Shown piece after piece: positions 17,265 through 26,109 of a DNA stretch of 64,000 nucleotides (position 1 is the stretch's first letter; each line of letters begins with the position of its first letter). A model generated the notes under the pieces. The model was given only the letters and a program-made list of their open reading frames with translations, was not told the DNA's origin and ran no database searches. Made by a program: the position numbers and the translations under genes. This DNA comes from Parcubacteria group bacterium GW2011_GWA1_56_13 (GTDB lineage Bacteria > Patescibacteriota > Minisyncoccia > Phycocordibacterales > Phycocordibacteraceae): contig LCRY01000002.1 in the NCBI GenBank assembly GCA_001004905.1, forward strand, positions 378,129 through 442,128, read 5' to 3'.

Positions 17265-19640
17265 TTATTGTTTGACGGGCGTCGACGAGATCGAGAGAAG
17301 ATTTGCCGGAAACGGATTTCTGCCCGCCGCAAGCGCCGCAAGCTGCGACGCGACCGCTGTTGCATTGTCGTCCGAGAACGCGGCTATCGCCTGCATCTGG
17401 GCGAGCGCATCCTCGAAGTTACCCTGCTTCGCGTAGACCGCGGAGAGGAAGTAGCGTGCATTCGCGAACTGCGGGCTCGCGTCAACCGCAGCGGCAAGCG
17501 CGGCGGCGGCGTTCGGAAGGTCATTGCTGGCCGCATACAATATGCCGACCTGGAAGAGGATATTCGGATTATCCGGCGTGAAGTAGGCGGCGGCAAGCGC
17601 GGCAGCAAGCGCTTCCTTCAGATTGCCGTCCTGCACTTCGAGCTGCGAAAGAAGGAAAATGGCGGGCGTGTAGTCCTGTTTGAGCGCGATCGCCGTTTTG
17701 AGATTTTCTTTCGCTCCCTTGATGTCCTGGTTCGCGATATCGAGTTGGGCGAGGACGTAGGGCATTTGCGGATTGGTCGGATTCAGCGCCTGCGCCTTTT
17801 CGTATGCGGTCTTGGCGCTGTCGTAGGCGCCGGCAACTTTGAGCGGCACTGCCTGGGCGTAGAGATTCCCGAGCGTGACCCAGCTTCGATAATCCGAAGC
17901 ATTGATGCGTGTTGCGGTCAGAGCGGCATTGATGCCCGAAGAGAGCGTCGTTTGGAACGCCTGCTGTGCAGCCGACGCCGTCATGGTCGACGAAGCGAGT
18001 ATCTGGTTCAGCCGGGCGTTCGCGACACCCGCTTGGATCTGGTAAGCGACGGCGCTCGGCGCGAACGAGATCGAACTCTGGGAAGCCATATCGGCGGCGT
18101 CAAGATCCCCGGCAGAAAATGCGCTGCCCGCGCTCGTGATCTTCGACGTCGCAATGTAGTGCCCGATGATCGTATATGCGGCGCCCACCGAAGACAGAAG
18201 AAGAATGGTCAACGCGAATACGATAACGAATCCGAGACGCGGACTTCGCGAGAAGATGACTCCCCACTGCGAACTTCCGCTCGCGAAGCGCGTCGTCGAG
18301 ATGAAGAGACCCGCGAAGACGAATGTGAGTGCGAGCAGGACGGAATTCGGCAGACCGAAGATCGCGACCGCGAAGAGATAGAGGGACGCAATGAACGAAA
18401 GTATGGCGACGTAGCGGATGAATGGGTCTTGCGGCGCGCGCTGGATGAGTGTGCGCAAGCCGAACACGATGAAGAGCGCCAAAAGTCCCACCCATGCGAG
18501 GATCCCGAGAATGCCGGTCGTTACCGCGGAAGTCGGTATGAAGCCGATGCCGGATGAGAAATCCGTGTTCCAGAATACGGTCGAATTGAGAGACGCATCG
18601 CGGTATTTGAGCCACTCCGTGCCGAAAGTGCCGGGACCGGTGCCGAAGATCGGAGCGGTCGTATAGACCTTCTGTGTGATCGCAAGCGTTGACTGCCACG
18701 AAGGACGGACCGAAAGGACGTTCACGTTGAGCGCATTCGCGACCGCTCCCCCGAGCGTTCCGCCGATGAGGAAAAAGATCGAGATGGCGAGCACCGAAAG
18801 TGGCAGGATGAGAGAGTGGCTACCGACATCCTCCGCCTCAAGCGGCGTAGATTCAACGCTTACACCAACCTCATCGAGGTCGGTGGACGATCCTCCCGAG
18901 CGGCGCATTACCGCTTCGACGAAGAGTCCAAGAGAGACGAGGGCGATAAGTATCCAGACGAGCTGGGAGTTCGCAACTGCCAGAAGCAGGAGCGCCCCGA
19001 GCCCGGCGAACAGAAGTGCACGAAGGGCGCGCCTGGAGAGGTCAACGAAACGCAACGTGATGAGCGTTCCGATGATGCCGAGTCCGGCGAGAAATGCGAG
19101 ATCATCGTACGAACCGACGAGCGAGAACGACGGCGAGATCGTGTTCGGCGAGAATTGTCCGACGATAAGGATGAGTATCTGCAGGACAACGGCGATGCAG
19201 AACACGTAGGCGGCGACACGCAGATAGGTGCGGTACTGTTCGACGCGCCGCAACGCGAGCGCGGAAAGCGTACCGAGGACCGCGATGATGAGCAGGGAGC
19301 CGAGCGTGTCCGGTTCAAGTGACGAACCCCACAACGCGTTCCCGAACGCGACACCGGAAAATGCCGCCGAGAGCGCATAGGCGAGCACCGGCAGCCATAG
19401 TGCGAGGATGAGCACCGACGGCGGGAAAATGACATTGCCGCGCGAAAGGCGCGCGAGGATATAGAGCGCGAGCGTGATGAGCGCGCCCGCGGCGAGCACG
19501 AACGTTTTTGTCGCCCCGAACGGAACCGCTGTCGACGGAATGAACATGAATAAAGCGACGACGAGCGTGGCAAGAAGCGCCACTACACTTATGGTATCGA
19601 GCGAATGGCGTGCTGCGCGCACTGGCTGTTGCGGGGGCAT
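17265..19640 (-). CDS. Polytopic membrane protein (O-antigen ligase-like) with C-terminal TPR repeats
   Basis: About 12 TM segments, PIFGTGPGTF loop, TPR-like helices. Confidence 0.75.
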   Translation of the reverse strand: MPPQQPVRAARHSLDTISVVALLATLVVALFMFIPSTAVPFGATKTFVLAAGALITLALYILARLSRGNVIFPPSVLILALWLPVLAYALSAAFSGVAFGNALWGSSLEPDTLGSLLIIAVLGTLSALALRRVEQYRTYLRVAAYVFCIAVVLQILILIVGQFSPNTISPSFSLVGSYDDLAFLAGLGIIGTLITLRFVDLSRRALRALLFAGLGALLLLAVANSQLVWILIALVSLGLFVEAVMRRSGGSSTDLDEVGVSVESTPLEAEDVGSHSLILPLSVLAISIFFLIGGTLGGAVANALNVNVLSVRPSWQSTLAITQKVYTTAPIFGTGPGTFGTEWLKYRDASLNSTVFWNTDFSSGIGFIPTSAVTTGILGILAWVGLLALFIVFGLRTLIQRAPQDPFIRYVAILSFIASLYLFAVAIFGLPNSVLLALTFVFAGLFISTTRFASGSSQWGVIFSRSPRLGFVIVFALTILLLSSVGAAYTIIGHYIATSKITSAGSAFSAGDLDAADMASQSSISFAPSAVAYQIQAGVANARLNQILASSTMTASAAQQAFQTTLSSGINAALTATRINASDYRSWVTLGNLYAQAVPLKVAGAYDSAKTAYEKAQALNPTNPQMPYVLAQLDIANQDIKGAKENLKTAIALKQDYTPAIFLLSQLEVQDGNLKEALAAALAAAYFTPDNPNILFQVGILYAASNDLPNAAAALAAAVDASPQFANARYFLSAVYAKQGNFEDALAQMQAIAAFSDDNATAVASQLAALAAGRNPFPANLLSISSTPVKQ

Positions 19641-19726
19641 GATGAGTGATTGCTATTTAATTCGTAATGATCCCAGTATACCCGCTATCGTCCTTTGTCG
19701 AGGAACCCATCCACACCGACAAAATG

Positions 19727-19735
19727 TGGTATAAT
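19727..19735 (+). promoter_or_regulatory. Extended -10 promoter for rnpB
   Basis: TGGTATAAT 5 nt upstream of helix P1. Confidence 0.6.
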
Positions 19736-19760
19736 GCATCTGGACCGAACCAGGCGACCG

Positions 19761-20041
19761 CCCCGTGAGATAATTGCTCATTATGGTGCACTACGTATAT
19801 GTGCTTAGGGGACCCAAGCAGTTTTACATCGGTTCTACCAATGACCTAAAGAGACGCTTCGAAGAACATTGTTCTGGAATGTCTTTGGCGACGAAAGGAA
19901 GAGGTCCGTGGAAACTCGTGTATTATGAAGCGTCTCTTTCCCGCAAGGGGGTATTTTCGAGAGAACGATATTTAAAAACTGCTTGGGGGAAGAGATATCT
20001 CAAGAAACGTATCAACGATAGTGAGTAGTTATCTCACGGGG
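19761..20041 (+). mobile_element. Inverted-repeat-bounded GIY-YIG cassette inside rnpB
   Basis: ccccgtgagataattgctca (19761-19780) pairs with tgagtagttatctcacgggg (20022-20041). Confidence 0.75.
19783..20028 (+). CDS. Small GIY-YIG nuclease family protein
   Basis: YVYVL...FYIGSTNDLKRR...H...LVYYE...RERYLK. Confidence 0.9.
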   Translation: MVHYVYVLRGPKQFYIGSTNDLKRRFEEHCSGMSLATKGRGPWKLVYYEASLSRKGVFSRERYLKTAWGKRYLKKRINDSE

Positions 20042-20626
20042 AGGAAAGTCCGAACATGCGCCAATTTTGCCTGCCGCAGGCAGTTGCAAAATTGAGCGTC
20101 CCGAACGAGGTGAGGGGCCTATCCCTCGCAAAAGCCTCGGGGCGCTCGATTCTGTAACCACCTTCGGCGGGCAGAATTGACAAACAGGTAGCGGGTAACG
20201 CCCGCCGTCCGGAAACCTTCGATAAAAGACTCGGGTTCGTCCCGAGTCATGTCGAGGGACAAGGACAGAGGTGCCTACAGAGACGCTTGCGAGCGAAAGC
20301 GAGCAGGCGCCCCATGAGATGTCGCCGCAAGGCGGCTATCTCACGGGGCGAGCTCCCAAGTAATTGGGAGGTGCAACGAGCAAATCCTTACCCGCATGCA
20401 AGGCCGTGACCCAGTGGGATAAAACCTCCGAGATTAGTGTTGCATCTCGAGAACCTAACGGATTTCGAGATACTGATTAAAATCGACATGGGTTATCCCA
20501 CGGGTAGTGCCGCTCGAGCTCGCAAGCGATTGCGGGCCCAGATAAATGGTCGTCGCCGATCCTGCAACCACCTCCGGTGGGCAGGACCGGTACAGAATTC
20601 GGCTTATCGGTTCGGTCTATACAAAT

Positions 20627-20658
20627 GCGAAAACCCGCGCTCCTGCGCGGGTTTTCGC
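20627..20658. terminator. Hairpin terminator after rnpB
   Basis: gcgaaaacccgcgc-tcct-gcgcgggttttcgc. Confidence 0.7.
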
Positions 20659-20677
20659 TTATTCTCGACTAAGCGGA

Positions 20678-20719
20678 GCGGCGGGAGTGATTTCGGAGCT
20701 CCGAAATCACTCCCGCCGC
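20678..20719. repeat. Perfect 42-bp palindrome between rnpB and nrdJ
   Basis: gcggcgggagtgatttcggag|ctccgaaatcactcccgccgc. Confidence 0.85.
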
Positions 20720-20726
20720 CAAGCGG

Positions 20727-23114
20727 CTACACTATTTCACACGTCCCTCCTGCGCAGGCGAGTTCCTTCTTCATTTCCGTTTCGTCCTGACGCTCATATG
20801 CATAGAGTTTCGAATAATCGACTTTCGGGAAGCGCTTCATTCGGTCCTCGTAGTCCTCTTTCGTAATGGCCTCGTACGGAGCGAGGCGGTAGACGTGTTC
20901 GGACCGCGGAAGGAACGAAAGGCCGCCGATGATGTCCCAGTTCCTCTGGATCCAGTCAACAACACCGATCCATTCATCTTCGCTTACCGAGACGGTCGCT
21001 GACGGATTATGCTGGGTGTAATTGATTTTGACCTTTTTCCAATACTCGAGCTGATCAAGCGCCGTGAGGTCGTCCTTGAAACGCGCTTCTTTGGAATGGT
21101 CGGGAGCTTTGACCGGGAATTCGAGTACGTAGGTATTCGCCTCTTCCATGGACTGTCCGACTTCCGGGTACAGCGGCACTCCTTGGTCGCGCATCATTTT
21201 GAAGAGAGAATCGGTCGCGCTAATACGCACGCGGCGAATGTAATACGGCGCGTGGCGCGGATGGATGCCCGACGCGCAGTTGAAGGTCTGCGAGACAGTG
21301 CCCGAGGGCTTGACCGCCGTTACCGCCATCGATCGCTCGATGCCGAAGCGCTTCGCGTACGTCGCGTTCGTCTTGTCCGCCATGTCGCGGACCTTGCGCA
21401 TCACCTCCGCCTGGCGCGCGACCGGCGAGTCCCACTGCCCCGTTATCGAGACGCCGAGAAGCCGTTCCGCGGCGCAATGTTCCGTCCATTCCTTTGATAT
21501 GTAGCTGAATTTTGTCAGCGTCGATTGGTATGTACCGAGAATCGCGGCGAGGCGGGCTTTTCGGATGAGCGATGCTTCCGTGTCACCGGCGCGCGCGATG
21601 ACCTCGGAGAGATTGCAGAACTGTTTCGACTGGAGAATGATCTCGGCGCAGGGATTCGTGCCGATTGGGCCGTGCACGACGCCGTCGTCGCCGATGAAGC
21701 CGACTTTCCTAAAATAATCCACACGGCGCTTCGGAAGCGTTACCGCGAGCGAGCCGCGGTTGAAGATGCCGCGCTCTCCCGCGCCACTCTTCATAAGCGC
21801 GACCCATTCATCCATAAGCTGGGCATTCGTCGGCTGGGTTTCGTAGACCGCGGAGTTATTCGCGACCGAGCGGTGAGGATCGGTCATGTAAAATTGGCCC
21901 TTCTTGGCGTCGCGCATCTCGACATCGTCGAGGTCGGAGAGTGAGATCATCGCGGTACGGCGCACGCCGCCGGCGACCACGCATTCGCCGATCTTACAGA
22001 TAATGTCGTGCGCATCAATGGCGCGCAGACGCCGTCCTTGGCGCTTCAGTATCCTCTCGCGGGCAAACGCGAGGAGAGATTTAAGCGGTTCCGGACCGGA
22101 CGCCTTGCCGCCCATCGTCTTCAGCCGCGCGCCTGCGGGACGGATGCCTGAAAAATCGAAGGTGATGTCTTTTCCGGAATACCAGGTCTTGAGACCGAGC
22201 GTGAGCGCGTCGCACCATCCCTCTTTCGAGTCCGGAATGACATACGTCGGCAACATTTTCCCCGACTGCTTCATGATCTGCGGGAGCTGTTCTATATTTT
22301 GGCTCTCTACAGCGAACCCGACGCCGCATCCCTGCATGGAGAGATACATTATCTCCGCGAAGTCCTCGAGCTTCACGGGCGCCGTGAACGTGCAATTGTA
22401 GGCGCACGTGTTACAGCGACGAGCCGCTTCCCCGGCGAACTGCATGAGGCGCATTGATGGCATCACTTCCTGTTTCAAAATACCCATGCGCACTTCGGCA
22501 TACTCTTTTTCGGTGAGCTTGTCGCCAAGATTCTCGCGCATGAAGCTGACGTAGCGGTCAACCGTCTCTATCCACGTTTCGCGACGCCCTTCTTCCGGTA
22601 TCCATTTCGCGTATGTGCGCAAATATACGAATTCACCGAGCGCGTTGCCTTCAAAATATTTTTTACTCTCTTCCGAAAGCTTTTTTACATGCGCCGGCAC
22701 TTCCACATGCGCCGCGCGCAACTGTGCGCGCTTGTCGCGGTAGAGAATATACGCCTTCGCCGTCTTCACGTAATCATTCAGGATGAGATATTTCTCCACC
22801 GAGTCCTGCGTGCCTTCAACTGTGGGGAGAAAACTCCTGTACCGCTTCGAAAATCGCGCGAGTTCGCCCACGACCTGGTGCGCGATGAGATTCGCATCGT
22901 CCTGACTGCCCTCTCCTGCCGCAGCCATTGCCTTCCACACGGCGGCGGCGATCTTATCGAAATCGAATGGGACCAATCGCCCGTCCCGCTTCTCGATTTG
23001 CGGGATTATTTCTCGATACCGGCGTGTTTCTTTGGAAACCGGAGGCACCGCGACCTCTGCAACCGGAACAACCGGCACTTTTACACGGACGGAATCTTTG
23101 GCGACTTTGGACAT
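20727..23114 (-). CDS. nrdJ: Class II (AdoCbl-dependent) ribonucleotide reductase with ATP cone
   Basis: IEKRDG ATP cone, TNPCAEI, VKPSGT, C-terminal CAGGTCE. Confidence 0.9.
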   Translation of the reverse strand: MSKVAKDSVRVKVPVVPVAEVAVPPVSKETRRYREIIPQIEKRDGRLVPFDFDKIAAAVWKAMAAAGEGSQDDANLIAHQVVGELARFSKRYRSFLPTVEGTQDSVEKYLILNDYVKTAKAYILYRDKRAQLRAAHVEVPAHVKKLSEESKKYFEGNALGEFVYLRTYAKWIPEEGRRETWIETVDRYVSFMRENLGDKLTEKEYAEVRMGILKQEVMPSMRLMQFAGEAARRCNTCAYNCTFTAPVKLEDFAEIMYLSMQGCGVGFAVESQNIEQLPQIMKQSGKMLPTYVIPDSKEGWCDALTLGLKTWYSGKDITFDFSGIRPAGARLKTMGGKASGPEPLKSLLAFARERILKRQGRRLRAIDAHDIICKIGECVVAGGVRRTAMISLSDLDDVEMRDAKKGQFYMTDPHRSVANNSAVYETQPTNAQLMDEWVALMKSGAGERGIFNRGSLAVTLPKRRVDYFRKVGFIGDDGVVHGPIGTNPCAEIILQSKQFCNLSEVIARAGDTEASLIRKARLAAILGTYQSTLTKFSYISKEWTEHCAAERLLGVSITGQWDSPVARQAEVMRKVRDMADKTNATYAKRFGIERSMAVTAVKPSGTVSQTFNCASGIHPRHAPYYIRRVRISATDSLFKMMRDQGVPLYPEVGQSMEEANTYVLEFPVKAPDHSKEARFKDDLTALDQLEYWKKVKINYTQHNPSATVSVSEDEWIGVVDWIQRNWDIIGGLSFLPRSEHVYRLAPYEAITKEDYEDRMKRFPKVDYSKLYAYERQDETEMKKELACAGGTCEIV

Positions 23115-23201
23115 ACCGGGACGATGGAATTAGAAATAATAACGCGGCTCGTAATGCAATTAAGTGTACCCTCCCCGTGCAAAAAAGCCCTGTGGACAGC
23201 G

Positions 23202-23660
23202 TTATTTTGAAACGCCCGGTGGGATTTTCAATAGGAGCAAAGTACCCGTCGCGATGGAGTAGGCCTCTGCGAAGCCGGAAGCGGTTTCAAGGACATAGCG
23301 CGCGGGGACCGCAGGATAAAAGACATTTGGGTAGGAAGACGTCGCGACGTGGGAGGCGATAGAGACGACTTGTCCTTGAGCATTGAGCCAGAAGATGTCT
23401 ATGGGCACGAGCATATCCTTCATCCAAAAGCCGTATAAACCGTCGCTTGGAAAAACGAAGAGCATGCCGTAATCACCTGGTATGTTATTTCGCCCGGCAA
23501 GGCCTCTCTCCTGCTCCGCTTCCGTTGTCGCATACTCAACCCTCAAGGACACGCCACCAAATTCTCCGGTTGCGGGCTGTCGTACGAGGCCTGTCCTATA
23601 GAAAGAGAAGGTTGCCACGCCGGCGATTACTACGAAAATACCGAAACCGAGACGTTTCAT
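23202..23660 (-). CDS. DUF192 family protein
   Basis: RGL...GMLFVF...FWMKDM...YVLE. Confidence 0.85.
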   Translation of the reverse strand: MKRLGFGIFVVIAGVATFSFYRTGLVRQPATGEFGGVSLRVEYATTEAEQERGLAGRNNIPGDYGMLFVFPSDGLYGFWMKDMLVPIDIFWLNAQGQVVSIASHVATSSYPNVFYPAVPARYVLETASGFAEAYSIATGTLLLLKIPPGVSK

Positions 23661-23665
23661 TTGGG

Positions 23666-23752
23666 CGGAGAGGGCGAGATTCGAACTCGCGGTGGGGTTT
23701 CCCCCACGCATGCTTTCCAAGCATGTCCTTTAGACCACTCAGGCACCTCTCC
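23666..23752 (-). tRNA. tRNA-Ser(GGA)
   Basis: CATGC-TTGGAAA-GCATG; long variable arm. Confidence 0.95.
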
Positions 23753-23799
23753 GGATGCGCTCTGTTATATCAGAAAAGAAGGGCCTGCGCCCGCTGTTT

Positions 23800-25233
23800 T
23801 TATTGCTCGAGTTCGGCATCGAGCTCGCGGTTGAGCACGTGCTCGGATTCGCTCAGCAGTTTTTGCAAGCGGTTCGCGAGCCGCTCTTCCTCGACCGTGA
23901 GATTCCGTTTGGATTTCAGATCTTCGAGCGCCCTGATCTCGGACGTGATGGAACTACGCAATTCGTTAAATTGCCGATGGACGAGGATGTGCATGCGGTC
24001 TTCCTTGTTCACGACGCGGCGACGGAATGTATGGAACCGATGCCAGAGATACCACGCGACGGCAGAGAGCATGGCGAGTGCGGCGAGCGCGAGCAGGATA
24101 AGCGCGAGGTAGTTCGCGATGAGCCACGCAAGTGCGCCCCATGACGGTGTTTCCGCGCCGCGCTGTCCAGTGGAAGTGAATTGCTGACTTGCGGCGACCG
24201 AATTTCCGGCTTTGTCGTACACCGTGACCGAAAGCGTGTGCGTTCCCGCATCTCCTGCGGGTAGCGCGTACACGTCACCCCCTTCGGATGCGCTTACGGT
24301 CGTATCGGCGCCGTCGACGGACAGGACGTAGTGGTCGATGCCGGAAAGCGCGTCGGTCGCCGCAAATTCGACGGCGATGGTCGACGTCGCGGTCGCCGCC
24401 CCGTTCGGGAACGTGATGACGAGCGGGTCAGGCGGCTCCGTGTCGATCTGTATGCGGAATGTGGCGACCTGCCCCCAGCCGTCCGCCCCCTTCTCGCGCA
24501 CATGGAAATACCAAATGCCGTCGCCGAGCTGAAGCTCCTTGTGTGAAATGGGCTCGTCATAGAGGACGCCCGGCGTGCCGTCGGCATTCGTATCGTAGCC
24601 AAGACGTACCGCGGAGACGCCCTGCGCATTCGTCCAGTCGAGCACGACGTTCGAGCGGCTGTACCACTTCGTTTGATCGGGGTGTGTTGAGGAGGTAATG
24701 CGCGCGAGAAGCGGTGACTTTTCGACCGTCGGAGCGGGTACAGGTGCCGCGGAGGTGCTGATGGTAACGGTGGAGGGGTTCGCTCCGGTCAGTATGTTCG
24801 TACCGTTACCATCGTTCGCCAGGACCGCCGATGAGGTGAAATAAACGGTCGCCGTCCCTTCTTTTTTGGCCAAAAAGCGGATGGAGAAAACGGTGCCGGT
24901 GCCGGCAAAGCCGGGATTCGGGACAACGCCACTCCATTGCACGGAACCGGCGAGGTTGGAAAACGTCGGTTCCTGCACCCAGAGCGACAGCACCGAATTC
25001 GCCTTCGAGACGGAGGCGATGGAAAGAAGGTTTGTGGGGAAAGAGACGGTGCCCGAGATCGCGTTCAGTGCCTGATCGACGCTCGCGACGGTGACGGAAA
25101 CAGTGACCTGCTGTCCGGCGGCGACCGAGACGCTCGCGGGAACGATATTGAGCGACGCGGCGTGCGCCGCCGGCCCGGAGATGAGCAGCGCAACAATAGA
25201 GATGCCTATACGCAAACGTATCGATGCCAGCAT
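23800..25233 (-). CDS. Secreted cohesin-like/Ig-domain protein with C-terminal TM and coiled coil
   Basis: Signal peptide ending AHA; cohesin-like NAISGTVSFP...SLWV; Ig-like repeats; TM near C-terminus. Confidence 0.7.
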   Translation of the reverse strand: MLASIRLRIGISIVALLISGPAAHAASLNIVPASVSVAAGQQVTVSVTVASVDQALNAISGTVSFPTNLLSIASVSKANSVLSLWVQEPTFSNLAGSVQWSGVVPNPGFAGTGTVFSIRFLAKKEGTATVYFTSSAVLANDGNGTNILTGANPSTVTISTSAAPVPAPTVEKSPLLARITSSTHPDQTKWYSRSNVVLDWTNAQGVSAVRLGYDTNADGTPGVLYDEPISHKELQLGDGIWYFHVREKGADGWGQVATFRIQIDTEPPDPLVITFPNGAATATSTIAVEFAATDALSGIDHYVLSVDGADTTVSASEGGDVYALPAGDAGTHTLSVTVYDKAGNSVAASQQFTSTGQRGAETPSWGALAWLIANYLALILLALAALAMLSAVAWYLWHRFHTFRRRVVNKEDRMHILVHRQFNELRSSITSEIRALEDLKSKRNLTVEEERLANRLQKLLSESEHVLNRELDAELEQ

Positions 25234-25248
25234 ATATTATATATGGGC

Positions 25249-26109
25249 TTAGAAAGTCCTTCGACGGGCCCGACCGATATACCAGAACCCCGCCAACACC
25301 ACTAGGATACCCCAAACAGGCCATTCCCGGGGACGAAGCAAGTTCGTGCGGTGGACAACGCTTATGCGCGCGTTCCCCGCCCGGTCGACGGCTTTTACGG
25401 ACACACCGCTTGTAAGATACTGGTCGCGGATGAGGAAGGGGCTTTCCGCGCGCTCCCATGAGGACGGCCAGGGCAAGCGGGTTTCCGCGACTTCATAATG
25501 GTCAATGCCGGAACCCTTGTCGACGGCGGAGAAGACGACGTACGACAGCCCGCCAAAGGTCTCCTGGTCGCTTCCGAGCGACGCGATAAACGGTTCCGGC
25601 GGAAAAGTGTCCACCGGTTCGGTGTACGTACTCGTTGCATTCGCGGCAACAGTAAGCAGGAGCGGCGGCGCGGTCGCCTGCTCGTTCGTCCCCTCTCCGT
25701 CGTTTTGGAGCACGCGTATGTCCGCCAGTACAAGGCGCGTGTCTCCGATGGCGGCGGTATTGAATATCACGCTGAAGAGTTTTTTCGAGTCGCCAGAGAA
25801 TCCGCCGGGAGTGGCGCCTGCGAACGCGACGGTCCCGTTGTCGAGAGTCGGGTGTGTTATCCACATGCTTATAATCGAGTTCCCGTCGTCGACGGCGACA
25901 GGGGCAAGTAGGTCCGACGGGAATCGAAGCGTACCGGAGAACGCGTTTACTGGCGTGTCGCTTCGTATCGACACGGTTATTTCAACGAGCTTGCCGACGC
26001 CCGGATGCGTCGGATCGGCGGAAAGCGACAGTGTCGCGGCCACCGCGGCAAGCGGTAGGGCAAGGAGGGCGAACGGAACGATGGTATACATCAATTTCTT
26101 CATATTCAC
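25249..26109 (-). CDS. Secreted cohesin-like domain protein, C-terminal TM
   Basis: Signal peptide; NAFSGTLRFP...SMWI; paralogous to 23800..25233. Confidence 0.7.
   Translation of the reverse strand: MNMKKLMYTIVPFALLALPLAAVAATLSLSADPTHPGVGKLVEITVSIRSDTPVNAFSGTLRFPSDLLAPVAVDDGNSIISMWITHPTLDNGTVAFAGATPGGFSGDSKKLFSVIFNTAAIGDTRLVLADIRVLQNDGEGTNEQATAPPLLLTVAANATSTYTEPVDTFPPEPFIASLGSDQETFGGLSYVVFSAVDKGSGIDHYEVAETRLPWPSSWERAESPFLIRDQYLTSGVSVKAVDRAGNARISVVHRTNLLRPREWPVWGILVVLAGFWYIGRARRRTF

Larger units (their letters stand above)
19741..20619 (+). ncRNA. rnpB: RNase P RNA, greatly expanded, with an ORF inserted in P3
   Basis: P1 tggaccgaacc/ggttcggtcta; GAGGAAAGTCC at 20041; ACAGAATTCGGCTTA near 20592. 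Confidence 0.9.

Noticed and set aside
17043-18557. 504-aa plus-strand ORF
   Set aside because: Arg-rich antisense shadow of the TPR membrane protein in GC-rich DNA
19761-20041. Group I intron interpretation of the rnpB insert
   Set aside because: The ORF fills nearly all the space between the repeats, leaving no room for a catalytic core
20437-20866. ORFs after the GIY-YIG gene
   Set aside because: They lie within the rnpB 3' half and terminator hairpins
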